From Eledone cirrhosa (lineage: Eukaryota): a stretch of DNA of 64,000 nt. Positions within the stretch are counted from its first letter, which is position 1; every line of letters begins with the position of its first letter. The notes under the pieces were generated by a model. The model ran no database searches, had not been told where the DNA came from, and saw nothing but the letters and a program-made list of their open reading frames with translations. Positions 12,156-25,139 of the stretch are shown here, piece by piece. The DNA lies in NCBI GenBank assembly GCA_964016885.1, contig OZ024742.1:208010001-208074000 (forward strand), read 5' to 3'. Both the position numbers and the translations under genes were made by a program.

Positions 12156-13122
12156 ATTAGTGATTACTACTAAGTCATTAATTTCATCATCATGTTTCAT
12201 GTAATAAACGGTGACGATCGACTTTCAATTCCAGGATGTGGCTCTTTTATATATATTTTATATAAGTAATGCCCACAGGAAAATGCGTAAGCCTTCTAGT
12301 AGCCCTCTAAAATATGTTTAATATAAAACTTAATTATATCACTTGACTATATCACTTCAGGCAATGATTTAATAATTGACATTATAAAACATTTAAGACA
12401 TGAGTAATTTAGTAATATGTTCATGTTAATTTTTAAACGGACAAAGATGAAGCAATAACCAAAAATGCAGTCCGGTTCCTAAAACCTAAATCCTTGTTTT
12501 TTTTAATCGAAATCGAACAGAATGAAGTAAAAGGAAAATCTTGATAATCCACGAGACTAATTAAAATTCTCAGAAAATACACATGAGTCTAATATGTCAA
12601 CGCCTGATAGAACATCAGCATTACTTTTGGAAAGATTTAAACTTTTGACATGGCACTATCATCGCTTCCTACATGTAGCCTCATCAAATTAGTCTTTAGA
12701 GAATAAGTGATGAAACAGGTAAATTGTCTATCTGAAAAGTTATTTTCATATTATTTTGTACCTAGTATAATTTGTAGTTTTACTAAATTTTGAAGCAAAA
12801 GACTAGGAGTCAAGAGTAAAGAAAAGAGAAACATAGAAATATGTATAGAGCCTGAGAGAGTAATAGCGTTGGCTTTATTATATAGAAACTACGTAATATG
12901 ACAGCTGCAGCTTATTAACGTCTGTATTCTCCATTCGATGGTCTGGTGGCGTAAACCGTTTTCGGGAAGACGGGTGGCCCGCGTTTGATTTGCCGAATTT
13001 GGAGGGTGAGTACGGTTTGTTTGGCAGGAGTCATTGGTACAGGTTGGCGTTCGGTTTAGGGCATTTGCTGAGGGTTAGTAGTGTGAGTGGAGCAATAAGG
13101 GTCTTATATGCGTATATATATA

Positions 13123-13310
13123 TAATATAGATGAGATTCTACAGGACAAGAACTGTTTCATTCTTTAGAAATCATCAGGAATCCTGATGATTTCTAAAGA
13201 ATGAAACAGTTCTAGTCCTGTAGAATCTCATCTATATTAAAACTTTTATACTCTGCAATGTATTGAGTACCTTACTTACTGTGGTTACCTCCGATTCAAC
13301 CCGAAATAAC
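13123..13310 (+). mobile_element. PLE pLTR-like fragment whose 5' ~57 nt are duplicated in inverted orientation (near-perfect hairpin 13123-13239)
   Basis: ATAGATGAGATTCTACAGGAC-AGAACTGTTTCATTCTTTAGAAATCATCAGGA / TCCTGATGATTTCTAAAGAATGAAACAGTTCT-GTCCTGTAGAATCTCATCTAT, with one mismatch and a 1-nt centre. Confidence 0.9.
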
Positions 13311-13523
13311 GTACCTGCTTTTCCTTCTGTTGTTTATTTGTCTCACTTGCTTTACGCATTTCACTTGTCCCAATAGGTTATTTTAGTTATTGCTCGCACC
13401 AACCTGAAGTATCTGATTTTTAATGCGATGAAATACCAATGATGGTTGGCAAATCACTGATGAGGGACTAATTTTATAATATGTAATCCATGTGCAACCA
13501 TGCAGTATTCTTCTCCCCTTGTT

Positions 13524-13599
<76 letters not shown>

Positions 13600-13627
13600 G
13601 TGGTTACACAACAGTTAGTTCACCATA

Positions 13628-13667
13628 CCGAGAACAATTGTTTCACCTTAGCGGATCCTCAGCTCGG
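13628..13667 (-). ncRNA. minimal type I hammerhead ribozyme in the 3' pLTR
   Basis: CCGAG-CUGAGGA-UCCGCUAAGGU-GAAAC-AAUU-GUU/CUCGG. Helix III is the palindrome AACAAUUGUU. Confidence 0.85.
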
Positions 13668-13829
13668 AATGGGCATAGTTATAGGAACAGGAAGGACAAC
13701 CGTACGAACGCGCATGCGCAGAAATCCGGACACTTCACACATGCAATACTAGAATGCGTGCGAGAGGTGTAAGGGAGATAACTGCGAGAGCCCGAAACAT
13801 TTTTAGTTGAAAAATAAAATTACAAAGAA

Positions 13830-15913
13830 TCAATCCGGAGCCTTGTAATTATGCAATAGGTGTTTGGCGACGTGTGGACAACGTGTTAAAAATTCATATC
13901 TCGTGTTTAGGCAATCAATATTGCGTAATCTCTTTAGAATAGTTATTCGTTTCTCAATACATAAGCAACACGTTGGATTTCCCCTTGCGTATGGCTTGGA
14001 CTTAGTGATGGCTTTCCATTGAATGAAGTAGTCTATACTTGAGTCCTTGAAGCACCATACGTGGCTCGCGAGTTTCGTGGATGAATGTCTGTCCGGGTAC
14101 CTGAAAGTAGACTGGTGGTTCAGGAAACGTTCCTTAAATCGGCCCTCCGCCATGCCCACATAGGATTTGAACTCTTGTGGTTCGTTTGGTCGGTTGGAAT
14201 TGACCACAGCTTCGTAAATTACAGCTGGTGTAATGCATTGCTGTTGAAGGGGGCAAGCTGCAGGCCTACGGCAAGAGCACCCTGGTGGGGTGTTTATCCT
14301 AGGGCTGCTGGCGATGTGGGCCTTCATGTTCTTAGCGCAGGAGTATCCTAGTTTAACTTTGTGTCGATTAAAGATGGAGCGGTATTTATGACCAATGCGA
14401 AAATGTCTATCTAATAGGGCCAGAAATGTTTTTCCTACATTGGTTTTAACGTTGAGTGAGAAGGGAGAAGAGAACCAGATAGTTTGTCTATTGTTGCGCT
14501 TACTTTTCCTAATGGTGCTGTTGCTAGTGGGAGAGTAAGTGATAGGTTGTGAGAAGCCACTGTTAGCCAACGCCGTGTTATAGTAGGGTGCCGCCCTGTC
14601 AATAATAGCCTTATTAGAGGCGAGGTTTGAGATTCTAGTACTGATATTCTTAACGAAGTTTCTAAAAACAGTGGGAGGGTGGCAGGAGTCATTGTGAATG
14701 TAATTGAGTTTCTCGTTTAGGTTATGGAAGGGTCTGTGGGTGTGTGTGCGAAGGTATAAATTAATGTCTAAGAAATCTACCCTAGAGAGGTTGGTGGCTA
14801 CTGTTATCCTAAGTCCTAACTCGTTGAAGGTAGAAGCTGTGACCACTCTTATGACTCGATAAAATCAGTCCATCGTCGTGGTATATTCCCGTGTGGAAGT
14901 CCAGGAATCTAACACGTATTATCTCTAAGATAAATAGGCCAACCAAGTCACATACGTAAGCACTGTCAAACGATCCCATGGAGGCGTCGAATAGGTCTGA
15001 AGTTGTAGACTTCTTTGCCCAGGCTACTCCGTCGTTGAAGAGGAGGGTTTTCCGGCAGTGAGCGATGATTTCCCTGTCTAAACCATCGACGGTGGTATAA
15101 GTGGTAGCGAAGTCCAACGCTTTATTTAACAGGGTCTCTGAGATCGACGGGTAAAAATCGACAATGTCAAACTGTGTGAACTTCGCTTTTTTTGGATTTT
15201 AAGGAGTTAAACCACTTAATTACGGAGTCGCTGTTCTCCCACTGGAGCAGGTTGGACTTGGTCCTAATGGTCTTAACTATGTTTCTAAGTATGGCCTTAC
15301 TGACTAGTCCCATGCCTGTGCGTGCCGGCTTTATTAGTCTACATGTGGGGTTAGAAGTAATGTCTACCTTGTGATCTTTCAGGGTGAGGAACGCCTCCCG
15401 CTTAGCTAGAGATTGTAGCTTCTTATCTACCTTAAGGTCGGCGGCAAGTTCCTTGGCTTCTGTATTAATGTCGTGGTAGGCCATAGCTTTAGCTTTCTTA
15501 TATTTGGAAGTAATAGCGTTATGGGCCAGGTGGCGGAAAGTGGTGTTGTCGACTTCGTAAATATTATTAGTTTTGTCGGAAAGAACGAAGGTGTTCTTAG
15601 AAGACTTAAATTTCTTAATATCATTTCTGAGTTTCGTTTGAAAGGTGTTAGTGTGTTTACGAAAGGAAATGTTAGCGACTAAGTCAAGCAGGTCCGTCTC
15701 GAAAGGAGCATGTTCAGTTACATTAGGAGTGTATGCTGTCGATTTCAGGTTGAAGGTGTTGATGGTGCCTGTAATGTTGCCATCAAAAGCTAGGGCGCGC
15801 CATCTTAAGCGTCTGACGACATCTTCCGCTTTTTGTAGGAGGAGCTTTTGGTAAACATGGTTGGAGGGAGTTGGAATGTTCTTCAGGGAGTAATCCAGTT
15901 CGTATAAATCCAT
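13830..15913 (-). pseudogene. PLE polyprotein (RT + Cys linker + GIY-YIG endonuclease), two frameshifts
   Basis: ATG at 15913 (MDLYELDYSLKNIP). Motifs LKDHK..CRLIKP, FDIVDFYPSI, MGSFD, YHDDGL, FLDI, CSCRRPAACPLQQQC and VIY..YVG..RFKERF.NH are split over ORFs 15167..15985, 14809..15117 and 13830..14846. Confidence 0.92.
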
Positions 15914-16166
15914 ACTGACGTTGGTGAGACGCAAAATTGTGTAGGACACGAAGATATAGAGAGCGCTCTCAGGGTAGTAAGCCAAACTCGCACGTGGTGA
16001 AGAATCTGCTAAAAGTCAATCTTCTACGTAGTGAAGAGAATCTGCTGACCGGTGCTGGAGACGTAAATAGTGGTGGAATACTGGAAGGTAATATCCGTAG
16101 TGGTAGAGCACTCAGTCCGTGGGACGAGTTGGGTAGAAGTGGTTACACAACAGTTAGTTCACTATA

Positions 16167-16206
16167 CAGAGAACAATTGTTTCACCTTAGCGGATCCTCA
16201 GCTCGG
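16167..16206 (-). ncRNA. minimal type I hammerhead ribozyme in the 5' pLTR
   Basis: Same motif as 13628-13667, with one mismatch in helix I (CUCUG). Confidence 0.8.
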
Positions 16207-18037
16207 AATTGGTATGGTTATAGGAACAGGAAGGAACCGTACGAACGCGAATGCGCAGAAACCCGGTCACTTCACACAGGAAATACTAGAATGCGTGCGA
16301 GAGGTGTAAGGGAGATAACTGCGAAAGCCCGAAAAGTTTTTAGTTGAAAATTAAAATTACAAAGAATCAATCCGGAGCCTTGTAATTATGCAATAGGTGT
16401 TTGGCGACGTGTGGACAACGTGTGAAAAATTCTTCACTATTGCGTATTCTCTTTAGAATAGTTATTCGTTCGTCAATACATAAGCCACTCGTCGGATTTC
16501 CCCTTGCGTATGGCTTGAACTATATATATATATATATATATATGCAAAAGTTCTATTTAAAATTGTTGGGATACAACAAGTAAATATGTTTATAACTGAA
16601 ATAAAGCACTCGACAAATTTATACTTCCAATGTATTAAATAAAATATACGTAAGGTAAATTTCTATATTAAATATAAGGTTATCTGTAGAATCATTGGGT
16701 TTTTAATTTTTTAAATCTTTTGAATTATTTTTATTTGTTTTGATTATGATAGCTTCTCATAACTTTCACAAGTCTACCCTCTCAATATCTTGATTGAGAT
16801 ATACGTAGGATAAATTTCTATACTAAATATATAAAACAGATTATTTTAACTTAAGATACTCTATAGTTTTTTTATGATATTTAATGCTTTGATATTTCTA
16901 GATTTCTTTTGACTATATAGTTGCTTTTTAAATTTGTATTTTCATGGTTATATTTACAAATTATAACCCTTTGGTAATTTATTGATATTGGATTATCTCT
17001 ATACAAATGCATATGTGTGTATTAACATGCATAGAAAGTGTTGTAGGTTTTTTTGTGTTTTTTTTTTTTTTTTCGTATGTGTGTCTGTATATATGAGTGA
17101 TGCATGAGTGATGCATGAGGACGCACGCAGATATTTATTATACATATGTATGTGTATATATGTGTGTGTATATATCTATGTGGTTGAGAGGTATGTTGCA
17201 GATGTGCATAATATTAAACACATGAATGGTAATCGTATATATGAGGACATGATTGTTAATCGTATATATTTGTATATATATATACTGTGAAATGTTTATA
17301 ACACAATGAGTGTATAGCAGTGATTAAGAGAAATTATTTACGTTTTGTATGGCTATATTGTTGGCTTGAGTAAACATAATTTCTATTTTCAGGATGTGCG
17401 TATCTATATGAATGTATATATACATATGTATTTGTATGTCTTTGCATAAAATACTAATCTCTATACCAAGGGTACATTTTGAACTCAGATTTTGTTATAT
17501 TGATCTCAAGTTTCTAAACTAAACATATGGTCATTATTGAACAATGTTTAATTTCTCATATTATATATCTATGTCCCATTCATGAATATTGATACTTATA
17601 TTTATATTTTTATTATTCATTTCATATAAATTGTTAACTTAACTTAATATGACATGACGTAAAGTCGTCACTGTCCCCCTCTCTCTATATAATATTTCTC
17701 TCTCTTTCTCTATGATGACTTGATATCTCTCTGTTGCTTTCCTTTGTTTTTCTCATTCCTTCTTTTCTTTCCTTTTTATTTCCTCCTATCTTTATCTATC
17801 TCTTTCTTTTCTCCATACTTTTCTCTCTCTCTCCGATATTTCTCCAGGTTTTCTTTCTCTTTTCTTTCTCTCTCTCTCTGTCTTTGTTCTTTTCTCTTTC
17901 TTTCTCTCCGTCTTTTTCTAATTGTGCTTAACACTATGACTTATTATATGAACAAATCACTATCCAGACAGTCTCCAAAAGTAATGGTTGTATTTTAAAG
18001 GGTACGTCAAACCTATTTGTAAGACTGTTATATATTG

Positions 18038-18102
18038 TATTTTGTCTGACGAAGGCATACCATAATTTAATGTGGTATCCCTGAAATATGTATAATGAAA
18101 TA
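18038..18102 (+). ncRNA. type I hammerhead ribozyme motif with extended helix II
   Basis: UAUUUUGU-CUGACGA-AGGCAUACCAUA..UGUGGUAUCCCU-GAAAU-AUGU-AUA/AUGAAAUA; (TA)n follows ~40 nt downstream. Confidence 0.75.
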
Positions 18103-18142
18103 AATATGGTTTTATAAATATAGTTTCCATTTATTAATATCG

Positions 18143-18175
<33 letters not shown>

Positions 18176-18226
18176 TATATATATAAATATATATATATAT
18201 GCATATATATATATAATATATATATG

Positions 18227-18281
<55 letters not shown>

Positions 18282-18304
18282 GTATATGTATATATATATA
18301 TGTG

Positions 18305-18397
<93 letters not shown>

Positions 18398-18398
18398 G

Positions 18399-18435
<37 letters not shown>

Positions 18436-18490
18436 ATGTGTGTGTGTGTGTGTGTGTGCGTGTGTGTGTGTTTATATATATATATATTTA
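18143..18490. repeat. long imperfect (TA)n/(TG)n microsatellite (one of dozens in the window)
   Basis: Direct inspection. Confidence 0.95.
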
Positions 18491-19949
18491 TTAAAATAAT
18501 AAATTAAAGTTTAAGCAAAAATCGCTGCTTTCATCCTTAACGGGATCTTCTGAAACACATATATATACATATATATATATGTGTTTTGTGTGACCGCGCG
18601 TCTCTGTTTGCGTTTATTTTTATTGTGATATATGTTTCTAAAAGCAACAATATGATTTCGGAACATTTCTTTAAATTCATTTCATTACTTGTATCCATTA
18701 AAACAGATAGGTATTTGTTTCTTTATTCAAAGTACGATTCTTGTCAGTGTATTTCTTTTGACGGCTTCCCTTCCAGCGTTTTGTTACTTACTTGTATTTA
18801 TCAATTATCCGAAACTTTTAACCTTCTCAAACATTTACTCATTCATATTAACGGATTATTCCAAGGCGAATCACAGCTGGATACTCTTTTAATCTCCGGC
18901 TGAAATTACCGTCGTGGTTTTAATTATCATTTCAAAAATTCGGAATTTGTTCGTTTTAAAACGATAACTAATCCTATTGAAAATATCTCTTTAAATCCAG
19001 AATATATTAAATCTATAAACGACAAGTTTTGCCTACAAAAACGTTCTTTCATCCGAGATGTTTCCTTTTCAGAATTTTAACCAGAAATGCGTCGGCTGAA
19101 CTATTTTACTTTTTTCTAATGTCGATTGAGATTATCGTGAAGAGGCTATAAGATCTTAATTATTTGAAACTTACAGGCGGTTTCCATTTATGTTTATAGT
19201 CGTTTCATTTCACTTGAGTTACGAACGACCTTTTTTGAAAAGAGATAAGCGTTCCATCTAATGCATTTCAAATTGTGCTTATGCATTAGCTCAATAGAGC
19301 TTAATACGAAAGTTGTCGCCTCAATCATATTTTCTTTTCATATTCATTTTAAATTAAAATAAATGACAGATGACCAGTTTCTATGTAAATACGAATGAAG
19401 CACCTAACAATCTTGTGCATGTCTGTAAATTACACAACCTTTTAATAGTGGACATGTTGTTGATAAGCTGTTGAATTCGCAGTGTCTATTATAGTGTATA
19501 GCGTCCAATTAAGCATATTGCCGTCTCAATTATTTTTGCAATAAATATACATGAGATATATACATTGTACAGGTGTTACTAGTGGTATCACTGTATAGGC
19601 ATTATTTGGCAGCTTGTTCTGATACTCTCAAGAATTCCTATGGAGATCTTGTTGGTAGCAAGGAATCTTACTCGTGTTTATTTCAAACTTAGTTATATAT
19701 TGATATCCAGATCTCTACTCTATAAATCAAAGTCCATATACAAAATAAGAAATTTAAATAAAAAGATTAAAAGATACAGCCAATAACATATCGGCCTGCT
19801 CAAAATAGTAGACAAATCTCCCACAAATAACAACTTCATGCATTAAAGAAATTATCATGCACATATTATGTTTGGCAATAAAGAAGAACGGCAGGGTCAC
19901 AATTGGGGACGCATTTTGTCATTTCCTTAATCAACAAAAAAAAATAATT

Positions 19950-20100
19950 TTTTTTCCAGCATAGTTACGTCCATTTACGATCTGAGTTCAAATCCCACCG
20001 AGGTTGACTTTGCCTTTCATCCTTACGGGGTCGATAAAATAAAGTACCAGTAATGCACTGGGTAATTGCTGGTCTTGTGCCTAAAGTAGAAACAATTAGT
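19950..20100 (+). mobile_element. tRNA-derived SINE (5' partial)
   Basis: CTGAGTTCAAATCCCACCGAGG..CTTTCATCCTTACGGGGTCGATAAAATAAAGTACCAG..GTAGAAACAATTA. Confidence 0.85.
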
Positions 20101-20502
20101 ATTAATATTATTATTATTCTCTACATTCCTTACATCAAACTAAAATATGTTGACAATCTTTAAATAATGTCTTCCTTGTGAAATTTGTGGTCTTGTTTTG
20201 CTTAACTAATGAATATTTCCAGCTCTGCACGCCTAACTTCTGCATGAACCCAGCCACCTAGCTGCTTTCCACTGCATATTGCACATTGAGCACATGCCTT
20301 TACGCTTTGGCTTCTAACTAATTCACCAATCTCTCTTCTCCTATCTCCTCTCCTATCTCCATCTCTCTCTTTAAGATAGGTTACTCTTGAACTGTGTATA
20401 TATATATATGTGTGTGTGTGTGTGTTTAATGGTAGCTATGATGCTTCCATAGGCGGTATGCCAGTTGAGCACTCTATGTTCTTACAGAGCAGAGTGTGCT
20501 AT

Positions 20503-21457
20503 AATATAAAACGAAAAATCAGTGATGCATCTTGACTCAGTTTATTCTGGTCAATATTTGCTGCCAAACTGGCCATCAGCTACTCTCCGTCCGACACACT
20601 TCAATGGACTCATGTTGGGTTTGGTATTTCACAAGTCAGCTCACACACACATATATAGCCACACATACACATACACACACACACGCACACGTATATATAT
20701 CCGCATACACATATGTACACACACATATGTACAAATATGTACCCGCATACATATACATGTGTCTATGTATATGGCTGTACGTGTTTGTGTATATGAGCAA
20801 ATGTACGCGTACGCAGGTATGTGTCCTTGTATGCGTGTACGTGTGTCTGTGTGTGTGTGTGCGCGTGTGCGTGCGTGTGAGAGCGGATGTAGGAGGCCGT
20901 ATAGGCAGGCGCCTGTGGACGTGTATGTTGGTATGTATATAGTCGTGGGCGTGTGTGGGTGTGTGTGTGAGAGAGAGAGTGTGTATGTATATGTATGCGG
21001 GTGTATATTCGTACATATGTGTGTGCACATATGCGTATGCGTATATATGTACGTGTGCGCGTGTGTGTGTATGTGTATGTGTATATATGCGTGTGTGTAT
21101 GTGTGGGTATATATGTGTGTGTGAGCGGACTTGTGAAATACCAAACCCAGCATGAGTCCATTGAAGTGTGTCTGACGGAGAGTAGCTGATGGCCAGTGTG
21201 GCAGCAAATACTAACCAGAATTTATGATGACGTAGGAAAACAACAGCCAATAGCAAGACTGGAGATGAAGATGTTTTTTGAAGCTAACACCCCAGTGAGA
21301 ACATTTGTTCCGAGAGTATTTCATGTGTCCGAAGAACCTGCAGATCTAGAATCAGACAGATCCATACAATGATCCTGTCTCGAGCTATCTGCCGGCGAAA
21401 CAATTGTAACACACAATAAATTGAGTCCAGATGCATCACTGATTTTTCGTTTTATAT
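20503..21457. repeat. ~950-bp fold-back; the left arm lacks ~190 nt (incl. hammerhead) present in the right arm
   Basis: 20506-20547 is the reverse complement of 21416-21455. 20545-~20760 is the reverse complement of ~20995-21222. Confidence 0.9.
21324..21413 (+). ncRNA. hammerhead-like motif with CCGAAGA core and ~61-nt helix II
   Basis: UGUGU-CCGAAGA-[CC..GCAGAU..AGACAG-AUC-loop-GAU-CUGUCU..AUCUGC-CGG]-GAAAC-AAUU-GUA/ACACA. Confidence 0.7.
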
Positions 21458-21458
21458 A

Positions 21459-21593
<135 letters not shown>

Positions 21594-21614
21594 GTCTGTG
21601 TGAATGTGTGTGCA

Positions 21615-21668
<54 letters not shown>

Positions 21669-22169
21669 ATATATATATATACTATACACTATATACATAC
21701 AGGAGGTACAACCGCTCATACCACTTTAAGGAGTTGTATAAACTAGATTCAGACTACATTCTAGCGATTAACATCTGGTATTGTAAATTGACAACTTAGA
21801 TGATAGAGATTCCACAGTGTTTTGAACTTCTTACCTATTTATACATTTCACCAATTAAACTTTTGTTTACAATATACCAACGTAGGCTTTTACTCTGACC
21901 AAATGACGCACTTTCGTTAAGTCAAGATAAGAGCTAGTAAGCACGTGTTTCTTTTATTCATTCCCCAGTTTTTTAAAATACATTTTGCCTGTTTACTTTT
22001 TGCCTCTTTGATTATTTCCTTTTGTATTCTTTGCTGGTCTGTTCTGCTTCGTGCTCCTAATTTCTCTCACACTTCACGTACACCATTTACACTCAGACAC
22101 GTATTCACAGACATAATCACTGCATAAACATATAACAAAACACACAACCGCACACACTTATCTATCCTA

Positions 22170-22234
<65 letters not shown>

Positions 22235-22580
22235 CTATATATATCATCCTCATCATCATTTTACACATATATACATACGTACGTATATACAAAGTTACAT
22301 GTGTGTATGTGTGAGTGTGTTGCTCTCCCCCACTTTACTTGTTCCTCTTTGGACTTGTTATAAGAAAGATATACAAAGATTTAGGTTTTGTTTATGTCAT
22401 TTAGGCTTCTGCAGTGCGGCTTCTGGAATATTCTCATTAGTTTATTCTTTACATTTTGTAACATATACATACATAATTCTTACATACATACACACATATA
22501 TACACACATACATGCACACATGCATACATTCATACTTACATACAAACATGCATACATACATACATACATACATACATACA

Positions 22581-22611
<31 letters not shown>

Positions 22612-23354
22612 GTATGTATGAATGTTCTCGTGTGTTTTTATATACATTACAGTTTCTGGTTTGGAAAATGTTTGGCATTTTATCGCTATGATACCGTCAT
22701 CATTAAGGACGCCCCTAGAGCAATGGAACGTTTGATTTTCATATCTGCTAGTGCTCTATAAACAAATAAGCTCAGGTTTATACGCACACATTCATGTTAC
22801 ACTTAGTATACACTCACATACACACGTAGTTATCAATAGTTATACGTTTGTTATACATAGCTAGAACGAATGTGTATTTAAATCTGCGTGTATAATGCTA
22901 CATGTCCACATATTGCCATTTACTAGTAATATATACTTCCTGGAGTGTGGTGAATATCGATGAGGGGGTCCCCAAATAGTTTGGACCATCGACCCCTTCA
23001 AGGAATCATTGAGCCAAGGCAGGGATAAAAAAAATTAATTATTAATAATAATTAAGTAGATGTGCAGTTCCCATGTACATTAGTGCAAGATATTGCATAC
23101 CAAACCCTGCTTTCAATATACATCAGTATGGGAAACTGTATAATCATGCTCTGCAAAACTGCTGTCCTGTATCCCCTTCCCCTGTGAATATGGACTCATG
23201 AAATATAGGGATACAAAAAGGAAACACTGTTTACTGTCGGAGGAAGATGGGAGACACACGGACAAGCTGAACTTCTCTGATCCATATAGTATACGAGTGT
23301 GTCACATTTGCATTACCACTAGTATTGATACCAAACCTAACATCAATAATAATA

Positions 23355-23555
23355 ATTGTTTCTACTTTAGACACAAGGTCAGCAATTTGAAAGGGAGGGG
23401 AAAGTCGATAAAATTGTGCTTTATTTTATGAACCCCGTAGGATGAAAGGCAAAGCTAACATTGGGAGATTTGAACTCAGAACGCAAAGTGCCATAACTCT
23501 GTGCTCCGAAGCATAGTGTCCGACGCTCTATCGATACGCTAATCAACCGCCCTAA
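23355..23555 (-). mobile_element. tRNA-derived SINE
   Basis: Reverse-complement SINE tail, central domain and B-box (GATTTGAACTCAG). Confidence 0.8.
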
Positions 23556-24384
23556 CATCAATAATAATTATGAAAAAGAAAATTAATAAATAATATAGGT
23601 AATATATAAATTAAGATACCTTTTTATATAATTGGTTGATATCATTAATAGGAAGGATGTGTTTGATGAACAACAGCAAGTCCATTGATATTTGGTTTGA
23701 GGTCTATTTTTTACATTTACCAATTTCATCGCATGTCAATTTTAATAACCATTCGATTTTAACTTCTTTTATGTTGATATTTACATATTAAGTAAATCAT
23801 AATTTTAAAATACATTTCCTGTTATGTCTTCATTCTAATACCTCAGTGCATTTATTGATTCACATGCAACCGTCATTATTACTTTTTTGTGTGCTCTTTC
23901 TTGGGTGCAACAAAACTTCACTTGATTGTGCGTGACAATTCGGGAAATGACTTATTTCTTAGTGATCTTCGTCTTATGATTCAGTTAGAGTAATTGCTGC
24001 TTGGAAGTTAATTAATCATATTTATTGGAAAATCAAGTCTGAATAGAAACGTTTTAGCATGCTTCCTATATCATCCCATTTGTTCAGCAAGAGAGAGAGA
24101 TAGAGAGATTGAGTGAGAGAGAGAGGGAGGGAGAGAGATAGGGCAGAGATAGATAGATAGAGAGAGAGAATGTGTGTGTGTGTGTGTGTTAGGAAGGGAA
24201 AACATGAAAGAGAGAGAAAACATTGAGGATATAAACATGGAAGACGCATAACTATCTGCAGTAAAACACATTTTTATTGCCAGTCTACATTCAACCACAG
24301 TATTTCTCTAAATATTCCTACAGTTTTAGAAATATTTTCTACAAGTGTGGTAAATAAATATATACATATATATTAGGTCTGAAC

Positions 24385-24570
24385 ATAATTGTTTCTACTT
24401 TAGGCACAAGGCCAGCAATTACCCAGTACATTACTGGTACTTTATTTTATCGACCCTGTAAGGATGAAAGGCAAAGTTAACCTCGGCGGGATTTGAACTC
24501 AGACTGTAAAGTGATGTAACTATGCTAGAAAGCATGGCGTCCAACCCTCTACCGATACTGCCAATTCAGT
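24385..24570 (-). mobile_element. tRNA-derived SINE, full-length, with apparent target-site duplication GTCTGAACATAAT
   Basis: Full SINE sequence; GTCTGAACATAAT occurs at ~24377 and ~24569. Confidence 0.9.
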
Positions 24571-25139
24571 CTGAACATAATAGAATCCAATTCCCAATGT
24601 CGTTGCCTCCGTCTCTTTCGATCTCCCAAATGTCACAGACAGAATAGAGAAGGTGTTTCTCCGGAGGATGGTGTGGGAGACGCGTTGGAAGAACCATTCC
24701 AGCCCGCCGCGAGGCTCACCCCTGCAGGTAGCCCACTCCGTGCCATTGGTGGTGAGTAGGGAGTTGGTCCTAGAGCAAATGTCACCAGAATGTTTTATGT
24801 CGCTGGCAAGAAATTAAATCGACTTCCATATTTTCCTGTTGTTTTATTTGGTTAAAGATGCCATGATTAAAAAAAAGAAAAAAAAAATGTAGCTATATTT
24901 TTTATTATATAAATCTAACACTATTTATATATTATTAAAATGTATAATTATTAACAGTTGGGACGAATACCGAATTGAAGATAGTGAGTTTGGCGTTCAC
25001 TCCTACTTCCATTTATCTGAAGACAAAATGCTCAATCTGTGTCATTACTGTACCAGCTCCTGCAATCCTTGTAATTACCTATAGTCATGAATCTTGGGGA
25101 ATGATCATAAGAATATAATAACGAATACACATAGCCTAC

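Larger units (their letters stand above)
13596..16520 (-). mobile_element. near full-length Penelope-like retroelement with direct pseudo-LTRs, inserted in (TA)n (probably Hydra clade)
   Basis: Direct repeats at 13596-~13995 and 16136-16518, (TA)n on both flanks, and an RT+GIY-YIG ORF between them. The clade call is inference from the CxCx5CPLx3C linker and absence of CCHH. Confidence 0.92.

Noticed and set aside
13455-13510. CTGATGAGGGA...TAATCC hammerhead-like start
   Set aside because: No GAAA/NUH in the correct position.
13605-13630. GTATGG...ACTAAC splice donor/branch-like signals just 3' of the hammerhead (minus strand)
   Set aside because: The spacing is far too short for an intron and the donor is altered in the 5' pLTR copy.
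22950-23290. Possible hAT transposon relic (GGGGTCCCAAA; IPFPCEYG..TKRKH..EEDGR)
   Set aside because: Similarity is too weak to support without a search.
24600-24800. GC-rich segment as an exon or Tx1 3' fragment (VFLRRMVWETRWK)
   Set aside because: Only a faint motif match; unresolved.
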